Source: an uncultured Bacteroidales bacterium
GTDB lineage: Bacteria; Bacteroidota; Bacteroidia; Bacteroidales; Bacteroidaceae
NCBI GenBank assembly: GCA_902799355.1
Contig: CADCAG010000002.1
Location: 25,693-89,692 of the forward strand
DNA: 64,000 bases
Direction of reading: 5' to 3'
The translations under genes and the position numbers were made by a program. How positions within the stretch are numbered: the first letter of the stretch is position 1; each line of letters starts with the position of its first letter. Under the pieces are notes generated by a model that was given only the letters and a program-made list of their open reading frames with translations, did no database searches and was not told where the DNA came from. Positions 61,028 through 64,000 of the stretch are shown piece after piece.

Positions 61028-64000
61028 TTAAAGGGTTACCTTCACACCGATGTTATAGAAACGAGTCTGCGGGGCAGAACCGATGTTGGTCTCCATAATC
61101 TTGCGATTCTTCGAGATGGTAAGGAGGTCGTTTCCGTTCACATAGACTGAGAGAGCCTTCACCCACTTGCCTTCGAACATTTCCTTCGGGAAGTCGTAGG
61201 TCAGCTGTACCTTGCGGAGGTTGAAGCGGTCTGTGCTATACAACCAGTAGGTAGAAGCGACACCGTTGGCCGGTGTACCACTTACGCTCAGACGGGGATG
61301 AGAAGCATTCGGGTCTACAAAGCCATTGATAATGCCCTTGTCATCGTATGTGTACTGATAATGATCACGCACGTTCACAGAGTACTTGTTGCTACCGGAC
61401 ATGTAATAATAAGAACCATTTGCCAGAGCAGATGCACCGAACTGACCGTTACCAAGAACAAAGAGTGTCCAGTTCTTATATTTCAGTGTGAGGTTCAGGC
61501 CGATGGTCCAAGGAGCACCATATGTACCCCACTTACCAATCTCTACCTGATCGAGGTTGCTGATGATGCCATCGCCATTCACATCTTCATACTTCAGGTC
61601 ACCAGGCATGACATTACCACCAAGATTATATTTTACGTCCTTCAGTGTGTAGGTGACCTTACCTGTTTCTGCATCTGTATTCACATTGAAGTCATCGATG
61701 GTGTAGACGCCCAGGCATCTGTAACCCTGAATAACATCCAGAGGTGTCCCCTCATGCATGAGTTCCTTCTTGGAGTTCAGCCAAGGTGACTTCGGGTCTG
61801 CGATTTCGTCATACTTCTTCCATTCGGTCTTGAGGTAAGTACCAGTCATGCCGAGTTCAGCATGCACCTGACCGAACTGCTTCTGAGCTTTGATGCTGAA
61901 GTCAATACCACTGCGATTCTGGATGTTATTATTCATAGCAGGCGAGAACTTACCACTGGAAAGACCGTTCTTCAAGTGTGAAGGATAGGTTGTCGGATCC
62001 TGGATAATAAGACCGTCCATATCCGTATTGAAGTAGGTCACTTCAGCATTGATTAGCTTGTTAAAGAGCGAAGTACGCAGGCTGAGAGAGAACTCCTTGC
62101 GATGAACGAAGTCGAGGGCAGGGTTGCTACCACTGGTAGAAACTGTACCCTTATTTGAGTTGGCACCATCATTCCAGGTAAAACTCAAATCCTGCTTCCA
62201 GACAGCGTCGTAGAGATAGAAATTCTCGTATGAACTATTGTTATAATAGACATCTGCATCGTCACACAGATTACTCAACGAAGCGCTGATCGTCAGGTCG
62301 TCCACGAAGGTGTTCTTCATGAACTTTTCCTTGGCAATGTTCCAACCAAGGGTGAAACCATAAGAGAGAGCCTCACGATGACCTTCTGCCAAGCGGGCTG
62401 AATGAACGCCAGCCAATGACATGTCGAAGAAGTAACGGCTCATATAGTCGTAACCAGCCTGCAGACCTAAGTTCGCATTGGCATAACGGTGGTAGTTCTT
62501 ATTCGACGAAGTAGTACTCTTCGTAGTGGTGTACATGCTGGCGAGCAACAGACCCGTTACATGGTGCTTGTTGGCAAAGGTATGGTCGTAGTCGAAATGA
62601 CCGTTCCAAGTAATGGTCTGGCGATACTGCGAATTAGACATCGTCATGGTACCAGTCACCACCTCATCCTTTGGCTGTTTGATATCAACAATAGCATCCA
62701 CGGTGTTATAGTTACTCCATGTGGGGAAGAACAGAGAGTAGGTATTGTTATAGGCCAGGTCATAGCTGGCAGCATAGTCAATAGAGAACAAGGTCTTGAA
62801 AGTCAAACCCTTCACGAAGTGGTTCATGTCATAGTTGATACCGGCATCAAACTGGAACTGACGACGAACAGTCTGCGTCTTACCACCGAAGTAGCAGTCG
62901 GCAATGGCATTGGTCTGAGCACCGTCAGTACCGCCACCGGGGAACAATCTTCCGTCAAGCAGGTTCAGCGACTTGCCGAGGGTGGCAAGCACCTTGCTGG
63001 CATTGGAGTCAACCATAGACAGAGGAATCAGCGGAGCAGCACCTTTCGGGTAGTTAGGAGGCGTCGTAGCTGCCTCGCTCCAGAAGTTACCCTTGTTCTT
63101 ATACTCATTATAATAGCTAGCACTGACATCAGCCCAACCCGTGATGACCTTGTTCACCACCAGGTCTACGTTACCACGAACGCTGAAGCGGTCGGTGTAG
63201 TTGTCCTTGGCCTCACCAAAGTTAATGAGATCTTCCAGACGATAGTAGTTGATGTTCGTGTAGAAGTGGGCACGCGTACCGCCGCCCTGAATCTCCAAGG
63301 TACCCTCAGAACGGTTATAGGCCTTGCGGATATATTCGTCAGAATACCAGTTTACATTAGGATAGCGGTAGGGATTAGCACCCAAGGCATGATTGTAGAT
63401 ATCCTGCTGAGAGTACGTATATTTGGGGGTACTTCCAGGAACAGCACCTCCGGCAAGCATATCGTTTAAAGTAGCCTCGTTATAGAGCGTCATATACTCT
63501 GCAGAACCCAGATACTCAGGGAGCGTCTTGGCAAAGTGCCAACCGGTGTTAGCATTTGCTTCAATCTGCAAGCCATCCACCTTACCACGCTTGGTGGTAA
63601 TCAGGATGGCACCCTTGGCACCCTTGGAGCCAAAGAGTACTACTGCCTGTGCACCCTTCAGGAAGGTAATCTGCTCAATTTCAGAAGGCAGGACGTTGTT
63701 GGCAGGACGCTTCACACCGTCAACGAAGACGAGCGGAAGATTAGGATTGTAACCATCGACCTCATTGTCAAGACGGTCAGTGTCCATACCCCAGAGGTTG
63801 CTGCCATTCCAACCACCGACGAGCCCCATCATGTCTTCCAGACTACCTTGAGTATAGTTCTTCTTCGCCAGTTCTTCCATGTCAACATAGGAGATGCCTC
63901 CAAGGAGATGGTCGGCATCCACATCACGGAAAGCTACATGGACCTTCTTTTTCACCACGGTAGAGTCAGCGTCATCAGCGGTCTGTGCACCAGCCGTCAG
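61028..64000 (-). CDS. SusC/RagA TonB-dependent transporter (start just beyond the window)
   Basis: PLVFVDGV, EIEQITFLKGAQAVVLFGSKGAKGAILITTKRG, PGDLKYEDVNGDGII, C-terminal IGVKVTL; the frame stays open to 64000 (LTAGAQTADD...). Confidence 0.95.
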   Translation of the reverse strand: MTAGAQTADDADSTVVKKKVHVAFRDVDADHLLGGISYVDMEELAKKNYTQGSLEDMMGLVGGWNGSNLWGMDTDRLDNEVDGYNPNLPLVFVDGVKRPANNVLPSEIEQITFLKGAQAVVLFGSKGAKGAILITTKRGKVDGLQIEANANTGWHFAKTLPEYLGSAEYMTLYNEATLNDMLAGGAVPGSTPKYTYSQQDIYNHALGANPYRYPNVNWYSDEYIRKAYNRSEGTLEIQGGGTRAHFYTNINYYRLEDLINFGEAKDNYTDRFSVRGNVDLVVNKVITGWADVSASYYNEYKNKGNFWSEAATTPPNYPKGAAPLIPLSMVDSNASKVLATLGKSLNLLDGRLFPGGGTDGAQTNAIADCYFGGKTQTVRRQFQFDAGINYDMNHFVKGLTFKTLFSIDYAASYDLAYNNTYSLFFPTWSNYNTVDAIVDIKQPKDEVVTGTMTMSNSQYRQTITWNGHFDYDHTFANKHHVTGLLLASMYTTTKSTTSSNKNYHRYANANLGLQAGYDYMSRYFFDMSLAGVHSARLAEGHREALSYGFTLGWNIAKEKFMKNTFVDDLTISASLSNLCDDADVYYNNSSYENFYLYDAVWKQDLSFTWNDGANSNKGTVSTSGSNPALDFVHRKEFSLSLRTSLFNKLINAEVTYFNTDMDGLIIQDPTTYPSHLKNGLSSGKFSPAMNNNIQNRSGIDFSIKAQKQFGQVHAELGMTGTYLKTEWKKYDEIADPKSPWLNSKKELMHEGTPLDVIQGYRCLGVYTIDDFNVNTDAETGKVTYTLKDVKYNLGGNVMPGDLKYEDVNGDGIISNLDQVEIGKWGTYGAPWTIGLNLTLKYKNWTLFVLGNGQFGASALANGSYYYMSGSNKYSVNVRDHYQYTYDDKGIINGFVDPNASHPRLSVSGTPANGVASTYWLYSTDRFNLRKVQLTYDFPKEMFEGKWVKALSVYVNGNDLLTISKNRKIMETNIGSAPQTRFYNIGVKVTL

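Overview
Bacteroidota DNA, most likely a rumen-type Prevotella/Xylanibacter. The window is almost entirely one large xylan/arabinoxylan utilisation locus, and every credible gene is on the minus strand. In transcription order (right to left) it carries the xus core (SusC, SusD, a XusE-like lipoprotein and a Xyn10C-like GH10 lacking both catalytic glutamates) and a non-catalytic multi-CBM secreted protein. Four CAZyme operons follow: CE6-CE1/GH115/GH3/GH95/GH31; GH10-CE1/four GH43 genes/esterase; GH10-CBM6/CE6; and carboxylesterase/CE1/GH10/esterase/GH3/CE15/GH27. An ECF sigma / anti-sigma / secreted protein / outer-membrane barrel unit closes the window. An AT-rich block (~18.1-24.4 kb) interrupts the locus with an AAA ATPase and two cassettes, each a large secreted protein plus a small MKKxYxxP acidic peptide. 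Best leads: (1) the pseudo-enzyme Xyn10C; (2) an operator at an identical offset in all four CAZyme promoters; (3) a ~120-nt highly structured plus-strand RNA candidate at 52.9 kb; (4) the protein+peptide cassettes; (5) an unnamed ~150-aa domain shared by three neighbouring secreted proteins; (6) short repeats and palindromes sitting in frame inside enzymes. Family calls come from motif recognition and recall only; no searches were run.
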